Assembly (NCBI GenBank): GCA_964019335.1
Contig: OZ025657.1
Location: 558,001-622,000, forward strand
Reading direction: 5' to 3'
DNA length: 64,000 nucleotides
Source of the DNA: Diplonema japonicum
Taxonomy: Eukaryota; Protista; Euglenozoa: Diplonemea
Shown: in pieces, positions 48,428 through 58,640 of the stretch
Layout of the letters: each line of letters starts with the position of its first letter
Numbering within the stretch: the stretch's first letter is position 1
Notes under the pieces: model-generated
Told to the model about the DNA's origin: nothing
What the model saw: only the letters and a program-made list of their open reading frames with translations
Databases searched by the model: none
Made by a program: the position numbers and the translations under genes

Positions 48428-50866
48428 TTAGAGATTTTCATCCGCCCTTGAATCATTCTCTTTCTTTTTCAGTTCTTCCAATTGTTTCATGACAATTTTG
48501 TATTCTGGGGTGCCCTCCTTACCACAGTACTCGTGTATCTCTGGCACTGTTGCCCACCTCTTCTTGGCCCCCTCGGGATCGCACTCCTCAGGGACTGTGA
48601 GAGTGAAGTCCTGCCTGCACACATAGTTCATAAGCACATCTGTTTCCATGCGTGACATGTAAGGGTAGTAGTGCAAGCCGTCCCCAGTGCTCGTGCGTCC
48701 AAAGGTTCGGTACAGCAGTTGAGTCATATCGTAAGTGTCCAGCACGGGCACCCCGTTGCACGCGGCAGCCATACGAACTGCCTCACGATAGGCGGCCGCC
48801 TTCTGTGGTGAGTTGCAAGTGTAGCACAACTCTTGTGTATCCGAGCACCCATTCCTTGAAGTGAAGTGCATTGGATTCACCACCAGTCGTTTCTGTGCCT
48901 TCGCCTTCAGCACCCCCACAGTCCTTATCATCTCGTCTAGGTAGTGGTTGATGGGCATCCAGTGTGTCCCCATGTCCCACGCCCCTGCGCCGTACACCGT
49001 CAGGTTCGCACCCGCCACTTCTTTCAGTGTCATTTTCGACAGCGGAGCGAACACAGGGGACAATCTGCGCATGAGGAGGGACGGTGCGAACCTAAATGCC
49101 ACCCGCCCGCCGTGATAGTTAAAGTGGCGTGTTTTCCCTGTCGGAGGCGGACTGGACAGCAGGTCCTCCAGCGTCTCCGCAAGCATTCTCGTTAGGCTGT
49201 CGCCCATGAACAACAAAGAGTGTCCGGAGCCCAGGCATTTTTTCAGGTCAAAATCAGTCAGTGTAGGCAGCCTGCAAGTAAGCGGCTGCCATCGTGCCCA
49301 AGCGTTGTCTGGGGAGGGAACACCTGTTGAGAGGATGTGTCCTCGGAAGGTCTCGTTTTGCATCTTGCAAACAGGCGCCTCAGCATCCAAGGATCCGGTG
49401 TCGTTCATGGCCAGTGCCAAGGCTTGTCGGATGGAAAGCGACGGGGGTGGCTCGCAGTACTCGTGTATCTCTGGCACTGTTGCCCACCTCTTCTTGGCCC
49501 CCTCGGGATCGCACTCCTCAGGGACTGTGAGGTTGAAGTCCTGCCTGCACATGTTGTTCAGCAACACGTCTGATCCCAGCTGAGCAGCAAGTAGGTGGTA
49601 GCGTTCGTTGTCCGTGTGCTTCTGTCCTAGAGTGTGGAACATGGTCCGCGTCACTTCATATGTGTCCAGTACGGGCACCCCATTGCACGCAGCAGCCATC
49701 CTGACAGCCTCACGATAGGCATCAAATTTTTTAGTGGCTGTACAGGTCGCAGGTCTCATGTAGGGCATGAGATGTACTATCAGCTGCCCCTTTGATGCTT
49801 TCTTTAGCACACTAACAACTTTGATCATCTCATCCAAGTATCGACTGATGGGTGTCCAGAGTTGCCCAGCATCGTGTACCCCTGCACTGTACACCGTGTG
49901 AGTAGTAGCCTCAACCAGGTCGAGGGTTTTCGTGTAAAGGGCATATTCAGTTGGCTCAAAATAGCGATTGAGGAGCGAGGGCGCTTTGGTGAAGTGGATG
50001 GCGCCGGTCTTCCTCGTGCCCGGTATAACGTATTCGTTTTTGATAACAACAAGCTCGTCAACTGGTTTGCCTGTGAAGTGCATTTCGACTGCCTCCGCCA
50101 TGCCCCTGGCCGCTTCATCGCCTATGAAGTGCACTTCACGATCTATGAAGCACCGTGCAAGGCCGAGATCTGCCTTCGACGGCAGCATGCATCGTTTTGG
50201 TTCCCATTTCTGCTCCACTAACTTGCCATTGTGCAACGCTGCCTGCTCGGTACAGTTGAAGGCGCAATTGGACAAGATGCCCCTCAGTGTCGCCATCATC
50301 TCACCGGCGTTGCATGGCTGCGGGTGTGCAAAAGGCGTGTCGCACATAACACGGCTCAGGGCCTCTTGCAGGTTCTCGTTGGATGCTACCTCCATAACAT
50401 GGATACCGCTGCACTCCGCTGCAAGTAGCACCATTTGCTTGTATATTTCTGCAGACGAACATGTGCAGCTTTGCTCTGCAGGATCACAAACAGGGAAGCT
50501 GTTTGTATTTATTACTAGATGCCCACGCGAGGCACGGTGGAGCTCTTCCACACTCCGCACCACATCGTCCATGCTGGGCATGCTATGAGACTCGATGTCC
50601 CAGGGTGCCACACCGTACACTGTGAAGTTGGCTGCTGCAACAGCTCTCAGATGAGCGCGCGTGACGGGTCGGGAGGGCGTCTGCATGTAAAGGACACGTT
50701 GCTTTTGTAAGTTGACCTGCACGGCACCTAACAGCAGAATGCTGCCGGAAGAGGCATCACATCCTTGGTTGTCCTTCGAAGTCTTGTGGCGGGTCCTCCT
50801 AGAGTCAAAGAACACAACAAAACACGTGAACAACACTACTAACTTCAATGCCGTGTGCTTGTTCAT
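48428..50866 (-). CDS. Type II membrane protein with repeated SGNH/PC-esterase-like domains
   Basis: N-terminal TM; C-terminal domain has FMGDS and DGLH; internal DNA duplication (~48525-48790 vs ~49455-49720). Confidence 0.75.
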   Translation of the reverse strand: MNKHTALKLVVLFTCFVVFFDSRRTRHKTSKDNQGCDASSGSILLLGAVQVNLQKQRVLYMQTPSRPVTRAHLRAVAAANFTVYGVAPWDIESHSMPSMDDVVRSVEELHRASRGHLVINTNSFPVCDPAEQSCTCSSAEIYKQMVLLAAECSGIHVMEVASNENLQEALSRVMCDTPFAHPQPCNAGEMMATLRGILSNCAFNCTEQAALHNGKLVEQKWEPKRCMLPSKADLGLARCFIDREVHFIGDEAARGMAEAVEMHFTGKPVDELVVIKNEYVIPGTRKTGAIHFTKAPSLLNRYFEPTEYALYTKTLDLVEATTHTVYSAGVHDAGQLWTPISRYLDEMIKVVSVLKKASKGQLIVHLMPYMRPATCTATKKFDAYREAVRMAAACNGVPVLDTYEVTRTMFHTLGQKHTDNERYHLLAAQLGSDVLLNNMCRQDFNLTVPEECDPEGAKKRWATVPEIHEYCEPPPSLSIRQALALAMNDTGSLDAEAPVCKMQNETFRGHILSTGVPSPDNAWARWQPLTCRLPTLTDFDLKKCLGSGHSLLFMGDSLTRMLAETLEDLLSSPPPTGKTRHFNYHGGRVAFRFAPSLLMRRLSPVFAPLSKMTLKEVAGANLTVYGAGAWDMGTHWMPINHYLDEMIRTVGVLKAKAQKRLVVNPMHFTSRNGCSDTQELCYTCNSPQKAAAYREAVRMAAACNGVPVLDTYDMTQLLYRTFGRTSTGDGLHYYPYMSRMETDVLMNYVCRQDFTLTVPEECDPEGAKKRWATVPEIHEYCGKEGTPEYKIVMKQLEELKKKENDSRADENL

Positions 50867-51166
50867 CGCCTGCCGAAAGGTGTACCGTATACTCAGTAAG
50901 GAAAACAAATCATAAAATGCGAGAGGGTATCACTAGCTTTTTTTTTGGGGGGGTGCAGTGACAATCCACTAACCTGACGGTGAAACGAAAAAAGTGGGGG
51001 GGAAATTCACCAACAAAAACGCCACAACGACGCCATGTAGATTGACTACTCCCAGTCGTTAGCCAGCAGGGTTTGAAGGGGGGGACAAGAAACTAAGACG
51101 GCTGAACCACGTTTTTTTTTTTTTAACTCGAACGCGGCGAAATGCACGCTTCTTATAGCCGTAGGA

Positions 51167-52153
51167 TCATGGAACGGGAGTGCACTCTTCCTCGGAGCAC
51201 ACAGGGAGCTCGATGCACTCTTTGAGGACATCTTCGTACAATTCTGTGCTCATGTACCTCTCACCGTATGAGGGAATGATGCAAACAATGGTCTTGCCAC
51301 GGTACTCCTCCTCCTTTGCAAGCGTGAGTGCGATGTGGGTGATAGCACCACCAGACATGCCTGCAAGGATGCCCTCTTTAGAGGCAAGCTGGCGGCTGGT
51401 TTTGAACGAGTCGTCGGCTTCAACAACACGAATCTCATCAATAATAGAACGGTCAAGAACAGGGGGGATGAAGGGAGCACCGATGCCCTGTATCTTGTGG
51501 GTGTCAGAGCGGCCTTCGCTGATCATAGGTGAGTCAGCAGGCTCAACGCACACCACTTTGACATCAGGGTTTTGGGATTTCAGGTACTTCGCTACACCTG
51601 TGATTGTACCGCCTGTTCCGGGGCCGGTCACAAATACATTCACTTCGCCAGCTGTCTGGTTCCAGATTTCAGGTCCTGTTGTTGCAAAGTGAGTGGCGGG
51701 GTTTGCCGGGCAGCCGAATTGGTCCATGCGCACGGCGTAAGGGGTGTCTCGTACGATTTTATCGGCGAGGTTGATCGCGTTGTTGATACCCTTCGTGAGC
51801 TTCAGCTCCGCCCCGTACGCCATCAGCACGCAACGTCTTTCCAACGACAGGGTGTCGGGCATTGTGATGACCACCTTGTAGCCCAAGGCAGCACCAATCA
51901 TCGCTAGCCCGATACCCGTGTTTCCTGATGTCGCTTCCACCAGTGTGCTCTTCCCCCTTATCAGCTTCCCTTCCTTTTCGTAGTACTCAATCAGCCCCAG
52001 AGCAAGCCTATCCTTCACGCTCTTACCCGGGTTCTCGCTCTCGAGCTTCAGGATGACGTCCTTCGCCACGAACCCTTCGCCTCTCATTGCGTTCAGCTTC
52101 ACGCACGGGGTGTTACCGATGCACTCCGAGATGTTTTGTTTTACACCCGACAT
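51167..52153 (-). CDS. cysK: Cysteine synthase (O-acetylserine sulfhydrylase)
   Basis: IGNTP, KLESENP..SVKDR, EATSGNTG, GTGGT, HKIQGIGA, GERY.ST. Confidence 0.95.
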   Translation of the reverse strand: MSGVKQNISECIGNTPCVKLNAMRGEGFVAKDVILKLESENPGKSVKDRLALGLIEYYEKEGKLIRGKSTLVEATSGNTGIGLAMIGAALGYKVVITMPDTLSLERRCVLMAYGAELKLTKGINNAINLADKIVRDTPYAVRMDQFGCPANPATHFATTGPEIWNQTAGEVNVFVTGPGTGGTITGVAKYLKSQNPDVKVVCVEPADSPMISEGRSDTHKIQGIGAPFIPPVLDRSIIDEIRVVEADDSFKTSRQLASKEGILAGMSGGAITHIALTLAKEEEYRGKTIVCIIPSYGERYMSTELYEDVLKECIELPVCSEEECTPVP

Positions 52154-52446
52154 TTTTTTTTTTTTTTTTTTCAATGGCTTCTTTTTTTTTTGCAGAACAA
52201 ATTCAAAAAGTGCATGAAATAAGGGCAAGGTACATAGTGTCCCCCCCCCCCCCCTCTTTTTCATGACCTTTTTTTTTCCTAAAAAAAAAAGCACCAGCGA
52301 TCAAAAAAAAGAAGAATGAAAAAAAAAAAAAAGAGATTTTTTCAGTCCAGGAGCGACAGGAACCTTGCATAGGCCACCCAAGGGAAGGATTCGTAGGGAG
52401 TGCAACAACGTGAAAGAGCCTCATGTGAAAAAAAAAAAGAATTCAG

Positions 52447-52469
52447 AACGAAGTGGTTAGCAACGGCCC
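52447..52469 (-). repeat. Dispersed conserved intergenic element, copy 3
   Basis: GGGCCGTTGCTAACCACTTCGTT on the minus strand. Confidence 0.8.
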
Positions 52470-52771
52470 GCCAAAGAAAAAAAAAAAAAAAACAGCCTCC
52501 TGAAACCGCTTAATACCATAATCCAAGAAACACGAGAATTTCATAACCTTTTTTTAGAGGTACTGTAAGCAAAGAGAACCATGCACAGAAGAAAGAGAAG
52601 GATGAAAGGCGGGGAAAGGGGGGGGGGGACAAAAAGCACACTCTCGTCTCCTTTTAAAGAGAGCGACGCACACAAAAAAATCTTTTTTCTTTCATTCCTA
52701 TTAATCGTGTCGCGTTCACTACGACAACAGAAGGAAGAACACAACGACGAGAACGCCGAATTAAACTACTA

Positions 52772-54034
52772 CTAGACAACATTTTTTTCTATGAGCAACT
52801 CTCCTGCTGCGAACCTCTTGGGAGACATCCTCGTGAGGTCGATGGTCTTGAAAGCCCCGTCAACCACCAGCTCTGAGATGGCACGCCCTGCAGCGGGTGC
52901 TTGCTGGATGCCGTGCCCAGAGAACCCGTTAATGTAAAAGACGTTCGAGGCCGAGGGGTGCGTGCCGATAACGGCGTTTTGATCCTCGACATTGTACTCA
53001 TAGTGCCCTGCGTAGATGGACGCCACCTTCAGTGCCTCGAAGCCCTTCACCCTCTCTGCAAGGGTAGGCCACATGTGGTCCATCCACAGCTCATCGGCAT
53101 CCTCTGTGATATCGAAGTCGTCGTACCCCACATCAGGGTCCTGTGTTGCATTTGGTGACATGCCGCAGATAAAGCCAACTCCCTCAGGGCGAACCCACAC
53201 GCCTGTCGGGTCTACTGTCAATGGCATAGGTTTGTGTGCCTCCGCAATAGGCGGGAAAAAAGCGCCTTTTTTAAAGTCGTGCACCCAGTCAGCGCTCTGC
53301 ACTTGAAACACGAAACGCTTCCTCGGTCTTACTGGGAAGTCGGACCACCCGCACTGCTGGGCGACCAGTTTCCCACGTGTTCCTGCGGCATTCACCAGAA
53401 CACCTGTGTTCAGCTTTGCAGTGTCGCTGCCCTTCACCACGTCTACGGAGCGAACCTGCCCTGCTTTGCAGTGTACTTGCGTCGCTTCACCATTGATGAA
53501 CTCCACCCCCAATGCTTTGGCTCTGTTTTTCAAAGCGTTCAGCATCAGCGAAGGGTCAAACCATCCTTCTTGGGACCTCCCGTAGCTTCCGGTGCTGATG
53601 CCCTCCGTGTTCAGCCACGGGAACAGATTCTGCAGCTCTTCAGGGTTCGCCACGTGTGTGTTGCTGCCAAGGTTGTTCTGCAGGCTTTGGTTTTCCTTTA
53701 GTACCTCGGTCCCCTGGTCAGTTGCTGCCAGCAACAGGTACCCGTGTTCCTTGAACATAACCTCCTTCAGCACGTCTTCCTCCTTCAGCCACTCGAGGCT
53801 ACTTCTCGACAACATAATATTTTCCTTATTACTAAACTGCATACGGATCCCACCTGCCGCCAGAACGCTGCAGGCCTGTTTGTAGGCCGTGTCCCTCTCA
53901 ACTACCGCCACTTTCATCCCTTTGTGCTTAGACAGCCAGTATGCACTGCTGCACCCCATGACACCACCGCCAATGACCACTGCATCAAAGGACCTTTTCA
54001 TCGTGTTTCCTGTGGCTAAGATTGAACGTGGCAT
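52772..54034 (-). CDS. FOXRED1: FAD-dependent oxidoreductase, FOXRED1-like
   Basis: IGGGVMG, GGIRMQFS..ENI, EGWFDP, WP.LA.RV..FE.LKV, DQNAVIG, GFSGHGIQQAPA.GR, terminal E.NVV; start may be at 54001. Confidence 0.85.
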   Translation of the reverse strand: MPRSILATGNTMKRSFDAVVIGGGVMGCSSAYWLSKHKGMKVAVVERDTAYKQACSVLAAGGIRMQFSNKENIMLSRSSLEWLKEEDVLKEVMFKEHGYLLLAATDQGTEVLKENQSLQNNLGSNTHVANPEELQNLFPWLNTEGISTGSYGRSQEGWFDPSLMLNALKNRAKALGVEFINGEATQVHCKAGQVRSVDVVKGSDTAKLNTGVLVNAAGTRGKLVAQQCGWSDFPVRPRKRFVFQVQSADWVHDFKKGAFFPPIAEAHKPMPLTVDPTGVWVRPEGVGFICGMSPNATQDPDVGYDDFDITEDADELWMDHMWPTLAERVKGFEALKVASIYAGHYEYNVEDQNAVIGTHPSASNVFYINGFSGHGIQQAPAAGRAISELVVDGAFKTIDLTRMSPKRFAAGELLIEKNVV

Positions 54035-54287
54035 GGCCAATGAAAGTAACTAAAAAACAAGAAGTCAAATCACAAGCCTTCTGTCAGAAAGAGTTCTCGT
54101 GGCACACTCACTCTCTGCTTAGTGTAAGCGCTATATCTTTTGGCACACCCGTTTCCTTATTTATTTTATGCCCCCCCCCCTTTTTTTGTATCTGCTTCAA
54201 TTGTGTTTAAAAACGTTATTTGTCTGTGTGTTAGTTCACCCCACCCACCCCACCCCGCCCCGCCCGTATTTCCCCATCACCTACTCT

Positions 54288-55325
54288 CTACTCCGACCTG
54301 TTCTCGGCAGGCGAGGCGTAGTAGTCGATGACATGGCCGGTGTGTGCCTTCACCGGTTCGGTGATCTTCGTGAGCTCCTCAACGAGCTCTGGGCGGAGCT
54401 TCAAGTTTGCGGCCTTCATGTTTTGCTCCAGTTGAACTGAGTTGCGGCACCCTGCGATGACAGACACGACGGCAGGGTTAGCCAACACCCAAGCGATTGC
54501 CAGGTCTGACAGGGGCATTTTCTCACGTTCTGCGACAGCGTTCAGCTCGGCGATCGCCTTGAAGAGCTCGTCCTCACACCCGGGGAGAGTGTGGCGCGAG
54601 CCCTGGCGTGTGGGCTTGAAGTGGTGCGTCCTTGCCCTCATTGCCGGGAGCTCTTCTGCGCTCTTATACTTCCCAGTCAGCAAACCTTGCATGAGCGGGC
54701 TGTAAGCCAGGATCCCGATGTTGTTCGCCTTGCACAGCTCTGCAAGGCCAAACTCGATACCCCTCGTGAAGAGAGAGTACGGCAGTTCGTTCACAAGAAT
54801 TTCAACACCGCAGCTCAGGGCCTCAGTCAACTGCTTCACACCAAAGTTGGACACCCCAATATGCTTGATCTTGCCTTCCTTCTGGAGGGCCGCGAGAGCG
54901 GCGAAAGCATCCTGTGCCTTGGGCATCTCACCCTTCCACACGGAAGCAGCTTTGAAGGGCCAGTGCACCATGTAGATGTCGCAGTAGGTTGTCTGCATGC
55001 GCTCGAGGGCCTTCTCCAGACGGGAACGCATCTCCCCCTCATGGCACGCGTCGGGCGGAATCTTGTCGACGATGATACACTTCTCCCTAGCTCCCTCGTC
55101 CTTCAGAAGCTTGCCCAAAGCAGTCTCAGAGCGCCCTCCGTTGTACATCTCTGCAGTGTCGAAGAAGTTGGCCCCCTTCGCGATGGACAGCTTCACCATC
55201 TCTTTCGTCTCTGCCTCGTCTTGTGCACCCCAGTAGTCCTCCGCTGTCCCACCGAAAGACCATGTCCCCACGCACATCACGGGGAGGTCCATCGTGACAC
55301 TCTTTCCACATGTCCTGCGCTCCAT
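54288..55325 (-). CDS. Aldo/keto reductase
   Basis: GTWSFGG, FFDTAEMY, HWP, IGVSNF, YSPL.QGLLTGKY. Confidence 0.92.
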   Translation of the reverse strand: MERRTCGKSVTMDLPVMCVGTWSFGGTAEDYWGAQDEAETKEMVKLSIAKGANFFDTAEMYNGGRSETALGKLLKDEGAREKCIIVDKIPPDACHEGEMRSRLEKALERMQTTYCDIYMVHWPFKAASVWKGEMPKAQDAFAALAALQKEGKIKHIGVSNFGVKQLTEALSCGVEILVNELPYSLFTRGIEFGLAELCKANNIGILAYSPLMQGLLTGKYKSAEELPAMRARTHHFKPTRQGSRHTLPGCEDELFKAIAELNAVAEREKMPLSDLAIAWVLANPAVVSVIAGCRNSVQLEQNMKAANLKLRPELVEELTKITEPVKAHTGHVIDYYASPAENRSE

Positions 55326-55611
55326 TTTGTGTTTGTGTCCTATATGGATGAGATCGACGAACATGCTAAGCTAAGGCGTTAAAATTATAAAAGGGGTGGG
55401 GGGTGGGCTGTGGGTGGGGTAATTAAAGTCTCAATTCCCATCCGGTTTCCGTGCCTTTCACACAGCCGGAGAGAATAGATACATCCGTGGGACTTTAAGA
55501 ACGTTAACTCGAGCAAGTAAAAGCTTCGCTGTGCAACCACTTTTTAAGGGGATGAGAAGACAGCGCTCATTAACGTGGGGTGTGCGGGGTGTGGAGCGGA
55601 TGTGTCATTGT

Positions 55612-55977
55612 CTAGGCGCTCTCCTCGCCGTTGACGCCGGACCTCTTCTCGACAAGGATAAGGTGGTACCCGAACTGGGTCTTGACAGGCCCGTACACCT
55701 TGCCCATGGTGGTTTCGGGGCTGAAGATCACCTGGTCGAAGGCGGGCACCATCTGTCCCTGCCCGAAGTTGCCGAGCGAACCACCAGACTTGCCAGAGGG
55801 GCAGGTCGAGTGCTCCTTGGCCTTCTCAGCGAAGCTCGCCCCAGACTCGATCTCACCCTTGATCTTCAAGCAGTCATCCTCGCTGGCAACGAGAATGTGG
55901 CTGGCAGTGGCACTCTTCCCAGCAGCAACGCAGTGAAGCATAGCGAACAGCACAATCAGGAAAGCGAAGGTCTTCAT
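55612..55977 (-). CDS. Parvulin-type PPIase (PpiC-like) with signal peptide
   Basis: ASHILV, HS.CPS...GG.LG.F..GQMVPAFD, GPVKTQFGYHLI. Confidence 0.92.
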   Translation of the reverse strand: MKTFAFLIVLFAMLHCVAAGKSATASHILVASEDDCLKIKGEIESGASFAEKAKEHSTCPSGKSGGSLGNFGQGQMVPAFDQVIFSPETTMGKVYGPVKTQFGYHLILVEKRSGVNGEESA

Positions 55978-56083
55978 TTTAAGTTTAGTTTGGAGTTGTT
56001 TCTTGTCCGAGCCTAGGTGAGAAGTTGGTTTGCTGTACTGAAAAAAGAACTAACACGAGATATTGAATAGCTGCTTGGAAAAG

Positions 56084-58528
56084 CTAGCCTTTGGTAACCC
56101 GTGCCTTGAGTTCTGCCCACAGGCCACACTGCTCGACGTGAGCCTCTAGGTTTCTACGGAACTCTGTCATCGACCGGCTTACGACACTTCCCACCTTCTT
56201 TCGGAAGGTATTAAGGAAACGATTGTACTCGGGGATGGAACCCCTGGTATCGTAGTGCACAGTCAAGGTCAGTGGGCCGCAGAGATAGGGACGGTGAGAC
56301 TGCTGCATCCGCACATGCTTTGCACGCATGTCCTCTATGGCACTCAAGCTCTTCTCAAGGTACTCGGGACGCACACCATGGCAACGTGCATCGTGAGAGT
56401 AGCGGAGCTCTTCCGCGTCAATCAGCCTGCGGTACTCATTAGCAGGGTGGAAGAACAAGATGTTGATGTCCTCTAGCTGCTTCTCACAGTCTATGAGATG
56501 CACGGCTACGTCCTCAGGTACCTCGAAGATATAGTCTTTCGGAAAGTACTCCATCACCTCCATCGCCACATCGTAGCACGGGGTGTTTTGCGTGATGTTT
56601 GACAAAGGCCGCATCCCGCACGGTGCGGCGTATCTTCTCCACGTTGCCTCTGTGACACACGTGTATAGAATGTCGCTAAAAACAGCTGCAGGTTCTTGTG
56701 CAACCTCCAGAATAGCGCTCAAAGGTGCCTCAATAGGCAGCAGTTCCCACTGAGGGGAGATAAATTTGTAGTCATCCTTTCTGTACATCCTGCCGTCGTG
56801 CACCTTAACTACAGCCTGCTTTTCGTGCGAGGCTAAGATGATCGAAACAGCATGAGCCTTGCAGCCTGTGAGAGGCTTCGAGATGCTTCTCAGCCTCATA
56901 GAGATGTCACCCTTGGTTTTCAAGTGGCGCGTGAGATCGTCACCTCTGATTCTTTTCCGCCGTTGCTGCCCCACATGCGCCAGAGCACAGCACATTGCAC
57001 CGGCGATGCTTGCGTGCGCTGCGGCAGTTTTCTTCTCGTTCGGCAGGTGCTTGCGGGCCAATTTTTTGATATTCACGTATCGTATGACGGCATCGCCTTC
57101 CTGCACGCTTGACGCCAGGCTTGTGAGCTTTTGAAGCCCGCGGATCTCGTTCTGCAGGTTGAGGTTGGCTTCTGCATAGGTGCCGATCTGCTCCTTCAAA
57201 TGGCATTCCAACCCCATGTTCTGGTTGCTGGTGTGCTGCAGCTTTTCGCTCAGAATCTTCAGCTTCTTCTCCATCTTGGTCAAAACGTGAGTGTGCTTCG
57301 CGTCCAGCGATGAAGTGGTGCCGGTAGGCGAGATGTAACCGGGAAGGGGTCTTGTGTTCCTGTGCGAAAGGGAACTGAGCTTCTTGCTTGACCGCGGCAC
57401 AGGCTCTTCCGTATTTGGGGAAAAGGCACCTTTGAAGTTGGGTGTGAGAGCACTGGTGAATCTGTAAATATCCTGAAACTTATCAGCAGGCCCAGGTGAA
57501 GGAGCTTGAGGCACTTTATGATGTGCCTCCTGGATGCGCATTGCTGTGGAGAACATCAACCACAACTTGCCCTCGACATCCTCTTTGAAATACAGCACCA
57601 TGCGCGCGATGGCGAAGGTGTGATCAATGGCCTCGAAGTGGTCGACGACGTTCTGGCAGGCACGTTGCACTTTGTTAGAGATGCCTGCATGACACCACCG
57701 CTCCTCTGCGTAATGAGCGGCGCCCTCGAAAGTGACTCCCTTGGAATAGTGCGAAGAGTCGTCTAGAAGCTCGCTTTCCATTGTCTCGCATATCTTCGCT
57801 GCTTTGAAGAGCTCCTCCGCGTACATTGTGGACAGGCCGCGTGGTGCGTTCTTCAGATTCTTCAACTGCATCCTGCGATACTTCGCCAGCGGGCCTAGAA
57901 CAGCGCTTCCCGCTGCTGCAGGATTGGTTGCTTTCTTGTTGCGCATGATGAACCTGTCCTTCAGACGCTCTCTTGATATCCGTTTGAACACCTTTGTGAT
58001 ACCCTCCGTGCCTTCTGCACCGTTCCTGCGGCACCACAGGGCCTGGTACATAAAGTTCTTCTCGCCCTGCGGGATGATGAATCGCTGCAGCAAGCCATGG
58101 TGTTCCGGCCTTGCGTAGAGAAAGTCATGCAGCTCGTACTTGTCAAGGAAGAGGACCGAGTCGGGTTCGCCGGATTTTCGCGACAAAAAGCTGCAGCAGA
58201 TGTCACAGTTCTTCCCAGTGGGTTGGCCGAAGAACTTCTCGAGATTCTCCTTTTCCAGCTCCTTTGCGTCTTTTTTCTCGCAGCGTCCCGAGTTTTCATC
58301 CCAGTAGTACCATGTGGTGGGTGTGTTGAAGAAGACCACCGTGTCGGGCACGCGGAAGCTGACATTACAGCTGTTGCGATGCTTACGTTTCGATCGTTTG
58401 GTAGATGCCTCTGTGGGGCTTGTGTCTCGCGTCCCGCGCTTCTTAGCCAGCATCGTAGCGTCCTTCGCTAGGTAATGATACAACAGGTGGCTGATCCCAT
58501 CACCGTCAAGGGGGTGCGACGCCGACAT
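56084..58528 (-). CDS. Hypothetical protein (814 aa), possible degenerate ATP-grasp-like domain plus coiled coil
   Basis: Long intronless ORF with a CACAG acceptor-like site before the ATG; LLQRFI and FKEDVEGKLWL motifs. Confidence 0.75.
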   Translation of the reverse strand: MSASHPLDGDGISHLLYHYLAKDATMLAKKRGTRDTSPTEASTKRSKRKHRNSCNVSFRVPDTVVFFNTPTTWYYWDENSGRCEKKDAKELEKENLEKFFGQPTGKNCDICCSFLSRKSGEPDSVLFLDKYELHDFLYARPEHHGLLQRFIIPQGEKNFMYQALWCRRNGAEGTEGITKVFKRISRERLKDRFIMRNKKATNPAAAGSAVLGPLAKYRRMQLKNLKNAPRGLSTMYAEELFKAAKICETMESELLDDSSHYSKGVTFEGAAHYAEERWCHAGISNKVQRACQNVVDHFEAIDHTFAIARMVLYFKEDVEGKLWLMFSTAMRIQEAHHKVPQAPSPGPADKFQDIYRFTSALTPNFKGAFSPNTEEPVPRSSKKLSSLSHRNTRPLPGYISPTGTTSSLDAKHTHVLTKMEKKLKILSEKLQHTSNQNMGLECHLKEQIGTYAEANLNLQNEIRGLQKLTSLASSVQEGDAVIRYVNIKKLARKHLPNEKKTAAAHASIAGAMCCALAHVGQQRRKRIRGDDLTRHLKTKGDISMRLRSISKPLTGCKAHAVSIILASHEKQAVVKVHDGRMYRKDDYKFISPQWELLPIEAPLSAILEVAQEPAAVFSDILYTCVTEATWRRYAAPCGMRPLSNITQNTPCYDVAMEVMEYFPKDYIFEVPEDVAVHLIDCEKQLEDINILFFHPANEYRRLIDAEELRYSHDARCHGVRPEYLEKSLSAIEDMRAKHVRMQQSHRPYLCGPLTLTVHYDTRGSIPEYNRFLNTFRKKVGSVVSRSMTEFRRNLEAHVEQCGLWAELKARVTKG

Positions 58529-58640
58529 CGTGGCACCCTGTGTGGTGTGTGGTGTGTGTGTGATGAAGCAATCTGAATAACCACGAAGGTAGGGTGGGGT
58601 GGGGGAGTATCAAAATTGTGTAACTGTGTGTCGCCCACCG

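Noticed and set aside
6251-52469. Dispersed 23-nt element or the 7329-7471 repeats as a CRISPR array
   Set aside because: No regular repeat-spacer periodicity, no cas genes, eukaryotic context.
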